Source of the DNA: an uncultured Candidatus Saccharibacteria bacterium
GTDB lineage: Bacteria > Patescibacteriota > Doudnabacteria > UBA920
Reading direction: 5' to 3'
DNA length: 64,000 nucleotides
Assembly: GCA_964532425.1 (NCBI GenBank)
Contig: CAZHIA010000002.1
Location: 169,798 to 233,797, forward strand
This document shows, one piece after another, positions 24,998 through 35,005 of this stretch (positions are counted from its first letter, which is position 1; each line of letters opens with the position of its first letter). The translations under genes were made by a program, and so were the position numbers. A model generated the notes under the pieces. It did no database searches and was not told the origin of the DNA. It saw nothing but the letters and a program-made list of their open reading frames with translations.

Positions 24998-25441
24998 TTA
25001 TACTCTGGCGGAGTCGGCTTTCCAGTGTTTGATCCTGAGCTTAATATTTTTATTGTTGAGGCGTTCACTGATGGCTTGCTGGATGAGCGGTAAAAATTCG
25101 TCATCAGGAGCAAAGCGCAATGCTATAATCTGGTCCATGCTCAGCCGGTTGTCCAGCAGCTTGCCGGTCAGGGTGAAATGCCGCAGGTTTTCTTCCGCGC
25201 GGATTATGCGATCCTGGACGGTAGTGGCAAATGACCTTGTGTACCATGCGGTGATGATAGCAGTAATAGCCAGGGCCAGCAGCGTCCAGGGTTCGTATCT
25301 GGCGCTTCCGTTGTTGCGGTAGGAGTGGATGAGGGTGATGAGGCTGGTGACTAACGCAAAGAGATTAATGAGTGTCAGCACAATATGGAATATTGGCACT
25401 ATTCTGGCATGATTTTTATAGTCTTGTTTTTTCATATGCAA
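24998..25441 (-). CDS. hypothetical membrane protein
   Basis: 147-aa product with two transmembrane helices. Confidence 0.5.
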   Translation of the reverse strand: MHMKKQDYKNHARIVPIFHIVLTLINLFALVTSLITLIHSYRNNGSARYEPWTLLALAITAIITAWYTRSFATTVQDRIIRAEENLRHFTLTGKLLDNRLSMDQIIALRFAPDDEFLPLIQQAISERLNNKNIKLRIKHWKADSARV

Positions 25442-25509
25442 AAGTTACATTTGGCTTAATATACTACACATGACGATTCGTGTCCGGTAATTTTACCGGG
25501 CGGAAAATT

Positions 25510-25543
25510 TGTCTGGATACAAGAAGAGCCCCGGAGTTTTGAA
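25510..25543 (-). terminator. terminator hairpin gccccgga...tccggggc
   Basis: Read directly from the sequence. Confidence 0.45.
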
Positions 25544-25571
25544 GTTCCGGGGCCTCGGCCAGTGCGGCAGT

Positions 25572-26063
25572 TTACGATTGGGTGCGGACAAGAAGGCTTT
25601 CGACCGTATCGCCGGGCACGGCATGGGCGACTTTGACTGATATGTCCGGCGTACTCGATTCCGTCCAGGGCTGGCTGTAGCCGATGCGATAGGCGAGATC
25701 CAGCCCGTCCAGCCGTTCGGGGGAGGCGAGTATAATGCTGTTGCCACTCCACCGGCATGGAAAATCCCTGTCTGGGACCGAGATTCCTGACACGATTATG
25801 GCCATGCGGCGCAGGAAGTCGTCGCCGGCCTTGTAGCCGTGGGCTTGGTTCACCGCCTTGAGTTGGATGATTTTTATCAGGGCTACGCTCAGCGGTTCGG
25901 TGCGCTGCAGGCGTTGTTCCAGAAAGCTTTCCCCGGCGCTCCAGCTGAACAGCCCGGTCAGCGTGTCGAATGCGAGGCGGCGCCTGGCTTCCTCCAGGCG
26001 CCTTATGAAGGCTTCAAAGCGCTGTGCCGGATCCAGAGGACGGTCTCTATTCTTTTCGTCCAT
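25572..26063 (-). CDS. degenerate GGDEF-domain protein; the GG(D/E)EF active-site motif is replaced by 'WSGNS'
   Basis: 'DTLTGLFSW', 'GDDFLRRMA' and 'RWSGNSIIL' follow the diguanylate-cyclase layout but lack the catalytic GGDEF. Confidence 0.6.
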   Translation of the reverse strand: MDEKNRDRPLDPAQRFEAFIRRLEEARRRLAFDTLTGLFSWSAGESFLEQRLQRTEPLSVALIKIIQLKAVNQAHGYKAGDDFLRRMAIIVSGISVPDRDFPCRWSGNSIILASPERLDGLDLAYRIGYSQPWTESSTPDISVKVAHAVPGDTVESLLVRTQS

Positions 26064-26195
26064 AATTCCTCCTTCCCGATGGTTCGTCTTAGCAGTCTAT
26101 AGGACTGGATGTGTGAGAGGTTTTTACAGTCGCGGGCTTGAATGTCCGGTACTGCTTTGATACAGTGTAGGTGAGACAAACTCAAAAATCAATAT

Positions 26196-27290
26196 ATGCC
26201 AAAACGCGGTGAATATACGCCTATCCGTTTCCCCAAAGACGAGTCCGCTCATAATTTTATCGTCGAATGGTGGTATTTTAACGGGCATGTGTGCGACAAA
26301 TCGGGAAACCAGTATTCGTTCATGGACTGTCTATTCAAGATCGACAATAAAAAAGTACACGTACCGATCTTAAGCCGTTTGCCGGTGAAAACAGTCTACT
26401 TTTCCCATTCGCTCATTTCCGATCTGAAAGCCAAGAAGTTTTATCCCCGTACCTCTCCATTTTCCATTATTTCTGAAGACAGCTTCACCAAACCGCTGCT
26501 CTATATTAATTACCTGAATCCGGAACTGAAGAACGGTTACACGAATTGTGCTATTGAGCAGCTCAACACGTCTACCTACCGCGTGAAAAACGAACGGATC
26601 GATCTGACGTTGGTTGCGACCAAGCAGCCGCTCCTGGAAGGCGGCAGGGGATTTCTTGATTTAAAATCATCAACAACCTACTACTATTCTTTAACGAATC
26701 TCCGGACTGAAGGGAGGATTAAAATAAAGAACAAATGGGTTGAGGTTACCGGCAAATCGTGGATGGACCACCAATGGTCAAACGTCGGCTTTGCCAAAAA
26801 CGGGTGGAACTGGTTTTGCGCCCAGCTGGAGAATAATACGGAGCTGGTTTGCTGCATGTTTGACGATGGTAAAGACAAAACGTACTTCGCCGACATTTCG
26901 TATCCGGATGGCCGACAAGACCACTTTGCCGATGTGCAAATTAAACCATTGGGTAAAAATTGGACCAGCCCCCAAAGCAAGGCAGTCTACCCCGTTGCTT
27001 GGGAACTTGAAATTCCGGCAAAAAAATTGAAACTGACATTTCAGGCTCGAATTGCAAACCAAGAGATGCTGTCCGGATTCGTGAATTACTGGGAAGGTCC
27101 AATGGCTGTGCAGGCCTTGGTAAACGGCAAGAAAATTCGTGGTCAGGGATTTATGGAATTGGTCGGTTACCCGTCCAAATACAACGACGTGCATGTGCTC
27201 GAGGAAGACATTGAGGAAGATTTTAACCGGCTTTTTAAACTCGCAAAAGCCAAGACCGCTGCCATTGTGGGGAATAATAGGCAAAAATAG
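26196..27290 (+). CDS. AttH/CrtC-like (carotenoid 1,2-hydratase family) lipocalin-fold protein
   Basis: 364-aa product with 'SWMDHQWSN' and a beta-rich composition. The family assignment is tentative. Confidence 0.5.
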   Translation: MPKRGEYTPIRFPKDESAHNFIVEWWYFNGHVCDKSGNQYSFMDCLFKIDNKKVHVPILSRLPVKTVYFSHSLISDLKAKKFYPRTSPFSIISEDSFTKPLLYINYLNPELKNGYTNCAIEQLNTSTYRVKNERIDLTLVATKQPLLEGGRGFLDLKSSTTYYYSLTNLRTEGRIKIKNKWVEVTGKSWMDHQWSNVGFAKNGWNWFCAQLENNTELVCCMFDDGKDKTYFADISYPDGRQDHFADVQIKPLGKNWTSPQSKAVYPVAWELEIPAKKLKLTFQARIANQEMLSGFVNYWEGPMAVQALVNGKKIRGQGFMELVGYPSKYNDVHVLEEDIEEDFNRLFKLAKAKTAAIVGNNRQK

Positions 27291-27319
27291 AGTTAGATGG
27301 GATCCATCTCATTCAAGCT

Positions 27320-27348
27320 GCGAGCCTCATATGAGGCTCGCGGTTTTG
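27320..27348. terminator. bidirectional terminator between convergent genes
   Basis: Perfect hairpin gcgagcctca(ta)tgaggctcgc followed by ggttttg. Confidence 0.6.
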
Positions 27349-27349
27349 C

Positions 27350-30300
27350 TTAATAACTCCAGCCGAGATCACCTGTGTTGGTTGTTACCTTTAATAGGAC
27401 TAATCCATCCTGGCTTGCTGAGGTTTTTCCAGCGGGTCCGTTGCCAATAATGGTTGTTTTCTTTCCGTCATACCGGGCAAGCACGCTGAAGTCTTTTTTT
27501 GATTTGATTTCCTGAGTGAGAGATTTGAGATCTTGTTGTTTGTCGAGCCGCCAGGTGAATTTGAATTTGTTCTTACTGATGTCTGCCGGTATACCATCGT
27601 AGGAGATTGATTTGATCTCGGCTTGTTCCGTTCGGCGTCGGTCTTTTTCTTTGAGGCGGATTACTGTTGTGTTGCCGGCCTCGTCTGTTAATATAATTTG
27701 ATCGTCGTTATCCTGTACCTCAACAGTAGGGGAGACGTTGTCTTTGCCTTCAAAGAGCAAATCTTTCTTTTCGGGATTGAACCGGATAGCAGCTTCCGGC
27801 GCGGTTTTGTCGATTTTGATTGTTATTGTGGCGGGGGTTTCTACGTTGCCCACATTATCGGTAGAATAATAGGTTAAGGTATGAATGCCTTCCGCAGTAA
27901 TTAACGTTGATGTGGCTGTGGTTGTTGCTGCTCCGTCAAGGGCAATATATGTTGCCGCCACGCCGCTTTCCGTGTCTGCAGCGTTCAAGCTGATTTGTAC
28001 GTCAGAAGTATACCAGCCATTCTTGCCTGGTGTGCCGGAAACTACTGCCGTAGTCGAGGGGCTGGTCTCGTCAATAATATGTTTAACTTCTAAGTAACCG
28101 AGTTGTACATCGCTGATTTGCACGATCGAATGAACGTCGCTGAACGGATCCAGGCGAAAACCGATTTTATGAGGCCCGGGCTGCAACTCTCCAATGGGAA
28201 TTTCGCCCGCGGTATTCAAACCGGCCGGCGTTCTCCGTTCGTCGATCTTGTATACCGGATTGTCATCGACAAACACCGTCAGAACACCTTGTGCACCTAT
28301 CATTGATAGAAACTGGAAATCGAATTTGAGTATGTTTGATGGTTGGTCCGTAGTGTCCATAATTTCAAACCAGACTGGGGAGCCGGTTTCTTCGCTAAAC
28401 ACTGTTCCCCGCGGACCCAAATAATAATTTACGATACCACTGGCACTTAAAGTAATTGGCAGGTTCAGGATTTTGTCGAGTACTGCGTAGTAAAGGGTGT
28501 CCAAGACAGTAAACTCTTTCGGTGCTATTGGGCAAGAAATGGTATTTGTCGTCAACGCACAATAGTTGCCGGGGTTAAACTGAATTGGCAGGGTAGAAGA
28601 TCCGTGTTCCAACGCAAAAAGGAACCCGTATGCATATGCGTTACTGCTCGAACTTATACTATCTTGGTACCATTCATACGGCCAATTATGTGATTTATTA
28701 AGATCAAGCGCAATATAAGGGTTAGTGGGGGTAACATCGAAATTGTAAGCATTGTGAAGAGCTATATTTGTGTCATGATATAGCGGAACCAGTTCTCCCT
28801 TGGCATCGAGGTACTGTTCTGCCCACCATGAACTTTTGTCTCCAGAGGAACCATGAGTCGGATTGGGGTCAAATCCATATAAAGAAGAATCTCCGAAAGG
28901 GTCGTACGCGTCAAGGAATGTCAGGTGGATTATCGGCTGACTCGGCATATTCAATTTGCGGATCTTCGCGGCTGTATTCTGGATCAAGTTCGCTCCCGCG
29001 CTATGGCCGATCAGATGGATTTTTCCCCATGTGACGGTTGAAAGAGCGGCGCGGATGTCGGTTCCCGAAGCCTGTGCGTTTAGGTCATGTTCGAACCAGT
29101 CTCCCAGTGCCAGAACATCTCCCAATTCCCTCCCATGAATCCCGGCGTTGTTATATGCATCCCATGGGGCATTTACATTTGCCAGTGAAGCGTCCTCATG
29201 CCAATCAAACACGCAAATATTCCAGTTGGTTTTATCAGCCGGCGGGACTTGTGCTGCTATTGAGTCTGCCATATTACGGACCCACCCGTTTGCATCGTCT
29301 CTCCAGCCGTGCGTAATGATGACTAAGTTGCTCGCTGCTGTATAGTAAGCAGAGGAACAATCCAGTGTATTGTTTAATGAAGGTTGAGCAGAAGGGGTGT
29401 TTGCGATGGTTTTGGCGATAATTGTAAAATCCGTATTGCTTGCAACCCCGAACTCCTGCCAGGTCGAGGTGGCGCCGGTGTCGTCGATGGCGCGGGCTTG
29501 CCAGTGATACTGGCCGGGAATTAAGCCGAAGACAGTGGTAGATGCGATGCTACCGGAAGATGCCAGAGTACTGGTTGCCATTGGCTCATTGTAAAATCTT
29601 CCGCCATTTTCATTTGTTCGCCGTAGTTCAATTTGTAGGGAAGCCCTCCTTTCGGCCAGACTGGTTGGCAAACCTTGGAAGGTGACAGTGCTTTCGGTGG
29701 TCGTCGCGCCTTCGCTCATCGCGGTCGTACCATCTGGGAGGATTTGACCCAATGCAGTCAGTGTCGGCAATGAGGGTGTTGGCGCTTGATGGCCAAAATA
29801 ATATTTATTCGTATCAGTAAACCTATAAAAATCATTGGAAACCTGGCTATATGCCAATGTGATATAGTCGTCCGGTTTAATTGCCCGGCCCAAGGTATCT
29901 TCTATTTGGCTGCGGGTCAGGGGATTGCAGACCATTTTGTTGTTGACAATGCTGCAGCCATTATTTGTTTCCTGCCCCTGCCAGGAATGATAATTGTCCC
30001 ATTGCCAAATATGCTTGATGATAAAGTCATAATGTTGGCCGGTTAGAAGATAATCGGTAATTCCGTTGGCATCATCTTCAACAAGCACTGCAACGTCCTT
30101 GGACTGATCGGGCGCAAAATGCAGCTGAGAATCGTTAACATAAGGTGATTCTGAAACCTGGCCATTGAAACCCATAAGCAATACGATTCTCGTTTCCGGC
30201 CCCTGCCAGTCGAAACTGATTTTTAAATTGTCGTTTTGATCGTAATCGAAAGCAACGTCGGAAAACGGCGGCAGCTGGGGTGCATACGTTAGCTGGAAAT

Positions 30301-31315
30301 AAACATCCTGTAAGCCTCCGGGCAAGTCCGCAGTATATACTAGTGGCGAGTAGTTAGAAACAAAAGCATTTTCGTTAGACGTTTTCCATGAGCTGCCGTT
30401 GCTGGAGCCATAAATATTCAATCGTTTTGCGACCCCACCGAAGCTGACGTATGGTTGGAAAATAATGTAATAATATTTTTCCGGATTTAATGTTAGGCCG
30501 CTATAGGTAAGATTTGCGGGAGCAGGGGAGAGCCCTGTTGTGGCAAGACTGATCGGAACGGAAATATCGGTCGGATCAGTCGTGGCAGTGGCATTGTGCG
30601 GACATTGCATCTCTGAACCGCCCCAGACCGCTGTTCCGGTTCCCGGCCCGTTCTCTGGACTATAAGGCGTATCGCTTTGATATATAGTCAGGTAAAACGA
30701 ACCTCCGTCTGGGCAGGAAATTTTTAAATCCAGCCCATTGATGGTACCGCTTAAGCCATTTCCCAAGGATTGGTATAGTCTCTGTATCCAACCAACCGAG
30801 TACTCCGTATTAAAGTCGTTTTGGTTATAAAGGGTTGTCTCGGTTTGCGGAGCAGGAATGGGCACAATGGTAAAATCCGCATTTCCGGTTGAGCCGTACC
30901 CCTGCCAGGCCGATGTATTTCCCTGTTCATCCACGGCACGGGCTTGCCAGTGGTATTGGCCGGGGGCAAGATCGGTCATGGGAATTTGCGCTGTGGACCC
31001 GGAAGCCAGCAGGCTGCTGCTTGCCGTGGGCTGGCCAGTAAATTGTCCCTGGTTTTCGTCCAGGCGCCGCAGTTCGATCTCCATTCGGATTTGGCCGCCG
31101 GAAGAATCGGCTATGAGCCCTATAAATATTAATGAAGTGAGTTGGGTTGCGGTGCCGTCTTCCAGTACATTCCAGTTCGGCCGAAATTGACCGAGGTTGG
31201 CAACGGTCGGGGTTGCCCCAGTGTCTGCGGTTGCTTGCCAAGGAAAGATGAGCAGCCAGCATGGCAGCAGAACCAGGCCGATTGCCAAAACAAGATTAAA
31301 ATATGTTTTTTTCAT
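27350..31315 (-). CDS. giant secreted multi-domain protein with two Fn3-like modules, a central GxSxG alpha/beta-hydrolase (lipase/esterase-like) domain and C-terminal Ig-like domains
   Basis: Signal peptide after the re-assigned start (aa 35 of the ORF). The two Fn3-like modules carry 'QYHWQARAVDEQGNTSAWQ' and 'QYHWQARAIDDTGATSTWQ'. The hydrolase domain has 'IHLIGHSAGANL'. Confidence 0.75.
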   Translation of the reverse strand: MKKTYFNLVLAIGLVLLPCWLLIFPWQATADTGATPTVANLGQFRPNWNVLEDGTATQLTSLIFIGLIADSSGGQIRMEIELRRLDENQGQFTGQPTASSSLLASGSTAQIPMTDLAPGQYHWQARAVDEQGNTSAWQGYGSTGNADFTIVPIPAPQTETTLYNQNDFNTEYSVGWIQRLYQSLGNGLSGTINGLDLKISCPDGGSFYLTIYQSDTPYSPENGPGTGTAVWGGSEMQCPHNATATTDPTDISVPISLATTGLSPAPANLTYSGLTLNPEKYYYIIFQPYVSFGGVAKRLNIYGSSNGSSWKTSNENAFVSNYSPLVYTADLPGGLQDVYFQLTYAPQLPPFSDVAFDYDQNDNLKISFDWQGPETRIVLLMGFNGQVSESPYVNDSQLHFAPDQSKDVAVLVEDDANGITDYLLTGQHYDFIIKHIWQWDNYHSWQGQETNNGCSIVNNKMVCNPLTRSQIEDTLGRAIKPDDYITLAYSQVSNDFYRFTDTNKYYFGHQAPTPSLPTLTALGQILPDGTTAMSEGATTTESTVTFQGLPTSLAERRASLQIELRRTNENGGRFYNEPMATSTLASSGSIASTTVFGLIPGQYHWQARAIDDTGATSTWQEFGVASNTDFTIIAKTIANTPSAQPSLNNTLDCSSAYYTAASNLVIITHGWRDDANGWVRNMADSIAAQVPPADKTNWNICVFDWHEDASLANVNAPWDAYNNAGIHGRELGDVLALGDWFEHDLNAQASGTDIRAALSTVTWGKIHLIGHSAGANLIQNTAAKIRKLNMPSQPIIHLTFLDAYDPFGDSSLYGFDPNPTHGSSGDKSSWWAEQYLDAKGELVPLYHDTNIALHNAYNFDVTPTNPYIALDLNKSHNWPYEWYQDSISSSSNAYAYGFLFALEHGSSTLPIQFNPGNYCALTTNTISCPIAPKEFTVLDTLYYAVLDKILNLPITLSASGIVNYYLGPRGTVFSEETGSPVWFEIMDTTDQPSNILKFDFQFLSMIGAQGVLTVFVDDNPVYKIDERRTPAGLNTAGEIPIGELQPGPHKIGFRLDPFSDVHSIVQISDVQLGYLEVKHIIDETSPSTTAVVSGTPGKNGWYTSDVQISLNAADTESGVAATYIALDGAATTTATSTLITAEGIHTLTYYSTDNVGNVETPATITIKIDKTAPEAAIRFNPEKKDLLFEGKDNVSPTVEVQDNDDQIILTDEAGNTTVIRLKEKDRRRTEQAEIKSISYDGIPADISKNKFKFTWRLDKQQDLKSLTQEIKSKKDFSVLARYDGKKTTIIGNGPAGKTSASQDGLVLLKVTTNTGDLGWSY

Positions 31316-31430
31316 GTAATTGTTCTTATTTGCCTCAATTATACACCTTTTTGACTTTTGGCAAGCGACTTCGGTAGATATCGCGTATACTATTGGCAAG
31401 GGAGTATTTATTATCACATTGAATAAAATT

Positions 31431-31835
31431 ATGGACCAAATTAGCGATACCTTAAAATTTTTATTCCTGGCTTTCAGGGCTGAAGCGATAGCCGGGCGTA
31501 AAATGGGCGGGGCAGGTTTGAATTTTCCGGACCTGGTGGCGCTTTACGCTATCAGCCAGGCGCCAGAGGGGAGAATCAGCGGGGTCGACTTGGTTGAGCG
31601 GATCGGACTTACAGATTCGTACTTGTCCCGGCTGCTGGGTCCTTTGGAAAAAATGAATGTGATTAAAAAAGAGCCTCACGGAAAAAGTTTTGATGTGGTA
31701 ATAACTCCGACAGGAAAGGTGTTGTTTGAAAGCACTCTCAAGTTTGCCGAACTGCGCTGCGCGGATCTGATACCCGAGAACCAAAAAGGGGAGTTGGGAC
31801 GGATTATACTATTTTTAGAGAGCATGCGTCCGTAG
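31431..31835 (+). CDS. MarR-family transcriptional regulator
   Basis: Winged-helix region 'ISGVDLVERIGLTDSYLSRLLGPLEKMNVIKKEP'. Divergent from the giant gene. Start at the internal ATG (aa 38 of the ORF). Confidence 0.75.
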   Translation: MDQISDTLKFLFLAFRAEAIAGRKMGGAGLNFPDLVALYAISQAPEGRISGVDLVERIGLTDSYLSRLLGPLEKMNVIKKEPHGKSFDVVITPTGKVLFESTLKFAELRCADLIPENQKGELGRIILFLESMRP

Positions 31836-31963
31836 CAGTTGATGGACGTTTTTTGTGAGCACATCGCCGCTCAGGCTCGCCTGAACGGTATTTATTAACT
31901 CTTGACACAAGTGAGTAAAAATGATAATTTATCAAGTCATTCATGGACAAGATTGGAGGATGC

Positions 31964-32794
31964 ATGACAAGGGAAAACGAATTGTTAGCGCGTTGTGCCG
32001 GGAGTGGCGTGGCTCAGAGGAAGACGAACCTGGCGGAATTTCAAAGCCTGCCGGAACTTCCTGTGGGGCTGTATGAAATTTCGTGGGATTGGGATGCAAC
32101 TAAAGAAGAGGCTGAGCGCGGTTGGGGTAGGTCGTCCAGCGGCTCCGTGGTGAATGTGGTCGTCGGTGGCTGGACCATGCGCGATGCGGTGTATTTTGCC
32201 CTGGGGCATACGGTTGGCTCGTTTCGGGACAACCGTCTTACCGTAGAGCATCCGTACAATATGGACAACATGGTCAAGTACACGCCACTGGTCCGGAACT
32301 TTGCTCCGCCGGGAATCCAGAGAAACAAGGTGGAAGTGGTATTTATTGGCCAGGATTATCGTTCAGCACAACTCCAAAAAGCGCTTACCCAAACTGTCCG
32401 GCCTGGTCAGTACACCATACGAGGGACGTATGGAGCACTGTTCCATCCCGAAGGCGCGCATGATGCGCGGTTCGGCATGGGGAATTACCGGGAGCTGCAC
32501 GATCCTCGCGGGACCGATCCGCAACTGTATGATCGGGAGATTGCGGTCAGGATCTGTGTGGAAGTGCAGGGGATGACCCTGCGCGACCTGTGCTTTCTGG
32601 CAGCGGGTATGAGCGACTTCAGCGGCCTCGGCGAAGCCATGCCCATCGGCCCGATTGCCGTTTCGGAAGTCGAATATGTTCCCATATCGTTCTCCCAAGA
32701 CAAGCTTTGCCGGTCGGAGTCTGTTTCCCGCCCTGCTACCAAGCCGGCCCGGGAACTACCAGACAGCACGAGACGCCTGCAGTTACCGTGGTGA
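31964..32794 (+). CDS. hypothetical protein
   Basis: ATG at 31964 with a GGAGGA SD sequence just upstream. The start is uncertain; an alternative ATG lies at 31943. Confidence 0.5.
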   Translation: MTRENELLARCAGSGVAQRKTNLAEFQSLPELPVGLYEISWDWDATKEEAERGWGRSSSGSVVNVVVGGWTMRDAVYFALGHTVGSFRDNRLTVEHPYNMDNMVKYTPLVRNFAPPGIQRNKVEVVFIGQDYRSAQLQKALTQTVRPGQYTIRGTYGALFHPEGAHDARFGMGNYRELHDPRGTDPQLYDREIAVRICVEVQGMTLRDLCFLAAGMSDFSGLGEAMPIGPIAVSEVEYVPISFSQDKLCRSESVSRPATKPARELPDSTRRLQLPW

Positions 32795-32811
32795 CGGCAG
32801 CATAAAAAATA

Positions 32812-32847
32812 ACCCGCGATTCTGTTGAATCGCGGGTTTCTTGTTTT
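32812..32847. terminator. bidirectional terminator acccgcgattc(tgtt)gaatcgcgggt; an identical copy lies at 37666-37691
   Basis: The 11-bp-stem hairpin has an A-tract upstream and a T-tract downstream. Confidence 0.7.
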
Positions 32848-32862
32848 CCGAGCCAGTCTTAC

Positions 32863-34083
32863 TTACAGCCGGCTGAGGATTCTGCCGAAGAGCGAGGTGG
32901 CTTCGCGGTCGCTCGCGGCATATACCATAGCTTCCGCTTCTCCATCGGTGATGTGCTCGCCGGAACCGATCTTAGCAAACCCATTGATCAGGTTAAATAC
33001 GTTGGGCTTGTTTTCGATCTGGGCCTGCGGGTGGCAGAAGCGGGCCGTGGCCTTAATCATACCCGGGCCAGACTTATCCGCGTACCGGATCATGCGGTCC
33101 CAGGCGTCCAGGTTCAGCGTGGTGAAGTGCTCTACGAACAGACGCATGCGTTCCAGTTGGATGTCATAGAACGCCGGTCGCCCATCCTGGTAGTAATAAC
33201 CGCAATCGCTGACCATGCCGGCCGCATGGAGAATGCGTTCGTGCAGGGTCGGCGAAGGTTTGAGGGGTGCCCAGCGCCAGGCTTCATAAATCATGTAGCT
33301 CTCGGGGACGGGGATGCTGTCCCACTCGCTGTATTCCTTCCCCTTATAGAGCTTCACGATTTTATGGTTCCAGTGGTGTCCGGTTACCTCCATCATACTG
33401 ATGACCGCATCCGGCTCGATATAGATGGAATACGGATTGTACCGGATGGCAAAGAATTCCCGGCCGTTACGCTGAATGCGCGTGTATTTGTCCTGATTGC
33501 GATCCAACACCTTGAGGGCGTTTTCGGCACTCCAGTCGTTGAGGTTGTTGCCGTCCTCGGGGGTGGGGTAGAGGAGCAGACTCCCCAGCTCATCGTCGTA
33601 GTCGAAGACCTTCATCCGCAAGCTGGGTGAGAAAACTTCCCGATCGCCCATGAAATCGAACCGGACTACGGTGCCGTCCTGGTATTCGATGTACGTGTAC
33701 TCGCCGCAAACCTCGCACTTGTGCTTGTGCGACTGTATGCCGCGGTTGGAGATGTAGGAGCCGCAGCTGTTGCATTTGCCTTTGCGCTCGCAGACATCGT
33801 CCCTGAGGTGTGCGTAATGCGAGCCGGGAGACGGGTGGTGTTCGTCCTTTCCGCAGTCCTTTATCTGGTAACCGTCGGCACGTAGCTGGGCAAACAGGAC
33901 CGGCAGCGCGGTTTTGGTTTTGACATACAAACCGCAGCCGCGGATATCGACCACTTGCTTGGTAATAATGCGCTGACGCTCGGTTTCGCTGAGGTTCTCT
34001 GGGGTGACTAACGTTACAACCGCTCCGGCTTGCTCGCAACGCGCCCAAAAACGCGGGTCGTTGAGTTTACTCGGATTTGGCAT
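32863..34083 (-). CDS. hypothetical Cys-cluster (zinc-ribbon-like) protein
   Basis: 406-aa product with 'CERKGKCNSCGSY' and 'HKHKCEVCGEY'. It has its own strong SD sequence (AGGAGGACAC-ATG). Confidence 0.6.
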   Translation of the reverse strand: MPNPSKLNDPRFWARCEQAGAVVTLVTPENLSETERQRIITKQVVDIRGCGLYVKTKTALPVLFAQLRADGYQIKDCGKDEHHPSPGSHYAHLRDDVCERKGKCNSCGSYISNRGIQSHKHKCEVCGEYTYIEYQDGTVVRFDFMGDREVFSPSLRMKVFDYDDELGSLLLYPTPEDGNNLNDWSAENALKVLDRNQDKYTRIQRNGREFFAIRYNPYSIYIEPDAVISMMEVTGHHWNHKIVKLYKGKEYSEWDSIPVPESYMIYEAWRWAPLKPSPTLHERILHAAGMVSDCGYYYQDGRPAFYDIQLERMRLFVEHFTTLNLDAWDRMIRYADKSGPGMIKATARFCHPQAQIENKPNVFNLINGFAKIGSGEHITDGEAEAMVYAASDREATSLFGRILSRL

Positions 34084-34137
34084 GTGTCCTCCTGTTATTA
34101 TAGGGTTTACCGGTTCTAGAAATACCTATAACGTGTA

Positions 34138-34166
34138 ACTATATAACGAATATACGCTTTCGTCAA
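34138..34166 (-). promoter_or_regulatory. sigma70-like promoter (TTGACG, 17-nt spacer, TATAGT) for the 406-aa gene
   Basis: On the minus strand: ttgacgaaagcgtatattcgttatatagt. Confidence 0.5.
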
Positions 34167-34184
34167 GAGTGAACCTACTTTAAA

Positions 34185-34217
34185 CCACTCCCTCCATGGT
34201 CCCCATGGAGGGAGTGG
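34185..34217 (-). terminator. perfect 15-bp-arm hairpin immediately after the ligase-1 stop codon
   Basis: ccactccctccatgg(tcc)ccatggagggagtgg. The downstream U-tract is weak (tttaaagt). Confidence 0.45.
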
Positions 34218-34224
34218 TAACGCC

Positions 34225-34845
34225 TTATGTTCGTCGGTCTTTGAACCAGCGCCAGCGGCTTGATGCGTGCGTGTATTTTTGGTTGAGTAACTTTACCCAG
34301 ATGCCGGGCAGTTGCGGATCGTAGGTCGAGGTCTTCTGCTTAGCGATCAATCCCTCCCACTTTCTTTTTTGCATCAGCTGGATCAGTTTGGAAGCCTCAG
34401 TAGCTTCGAAGGACGTAACGGGAACAATGTGTCCGCGCGGGCGGGGGAGCAGGCGGCGCAGATACGCTTGTCGTTCCTGAAGCGGTAAAATGCGCAGGTC
34501 GAATCCTTCCAGATACAGAAGGTCAAACACGGCCAGCCTGACTGGCAGCTGGCGCCGCATGAGCGCGGTAAAGTCCGGATCGCCCTGGTCATCCAGGCAC
34601 ACCAGCTCGCCGTCTAATATAGCGCTCGAAAGGCCCCAACCTGCCAGCTCTTCGGCAATTTCATTGAATCCGTTATGGAACAGACCTTTCTTGGTTTGCA
34701 AGGTGACTCTCTTGCCTTCAATGCGGGGGATGCAGCGGAACCCGTCATACTTTTGTTCAAAAATATATCCTGCAGGGTCAGCGAGCACAGCCTCGATATC
34801 GCGGTGAATTTTGCTGGGCAATACTGGCTCTATGGCCGGTAGCAT
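34225..34845 (-). CDS. minimal ATP-dependent ligase-like nucleotidyltransferase (NTase domain only, ~206 aa), paralog 1
   Basis: Motif I 'EQKYDGFRC', motif III 'ILDGELV', motif IV 'EGLIAK' and motif V 'IWVKLL' are present. The product is too short to contain an OB domain. Second ATG preferred because of the SD spacing. Confidence 0.7.
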   Translation of the reverse strand: MLPAIEPVLPSKIHRDIEAVLADPAGYIFEQKYDGFRCIPRIEGKRVTLQTKKGLFHNGFNEIAEELAGWGLSSAILDGELVCLDDQGDPDFTALMRRQLPVRLAVFDLLYLEGFDLRILPLQERQAYLRRLLPRPRGHIVPVTSFEATEASKLIQLMQKRKWEGLIAKQKTSTYDPQLPGIWVKLLNQKYTHASSRWRWFKDRRT

Positions 34846-35005
34846 CATTCCTCCTCTATAACGAATATCGTATATAACTGCAGGCGCGATGTAAAATTAA
34901 CTATAAGATATGAGTGCTTCAACGTTTACAGGGTGGTTCGTACGGGATTGACGGTCAGGCAGAAGTGTGCTTAAATTGAGTGTTACGTTTCAAAGGAGGT
35001 AACAC

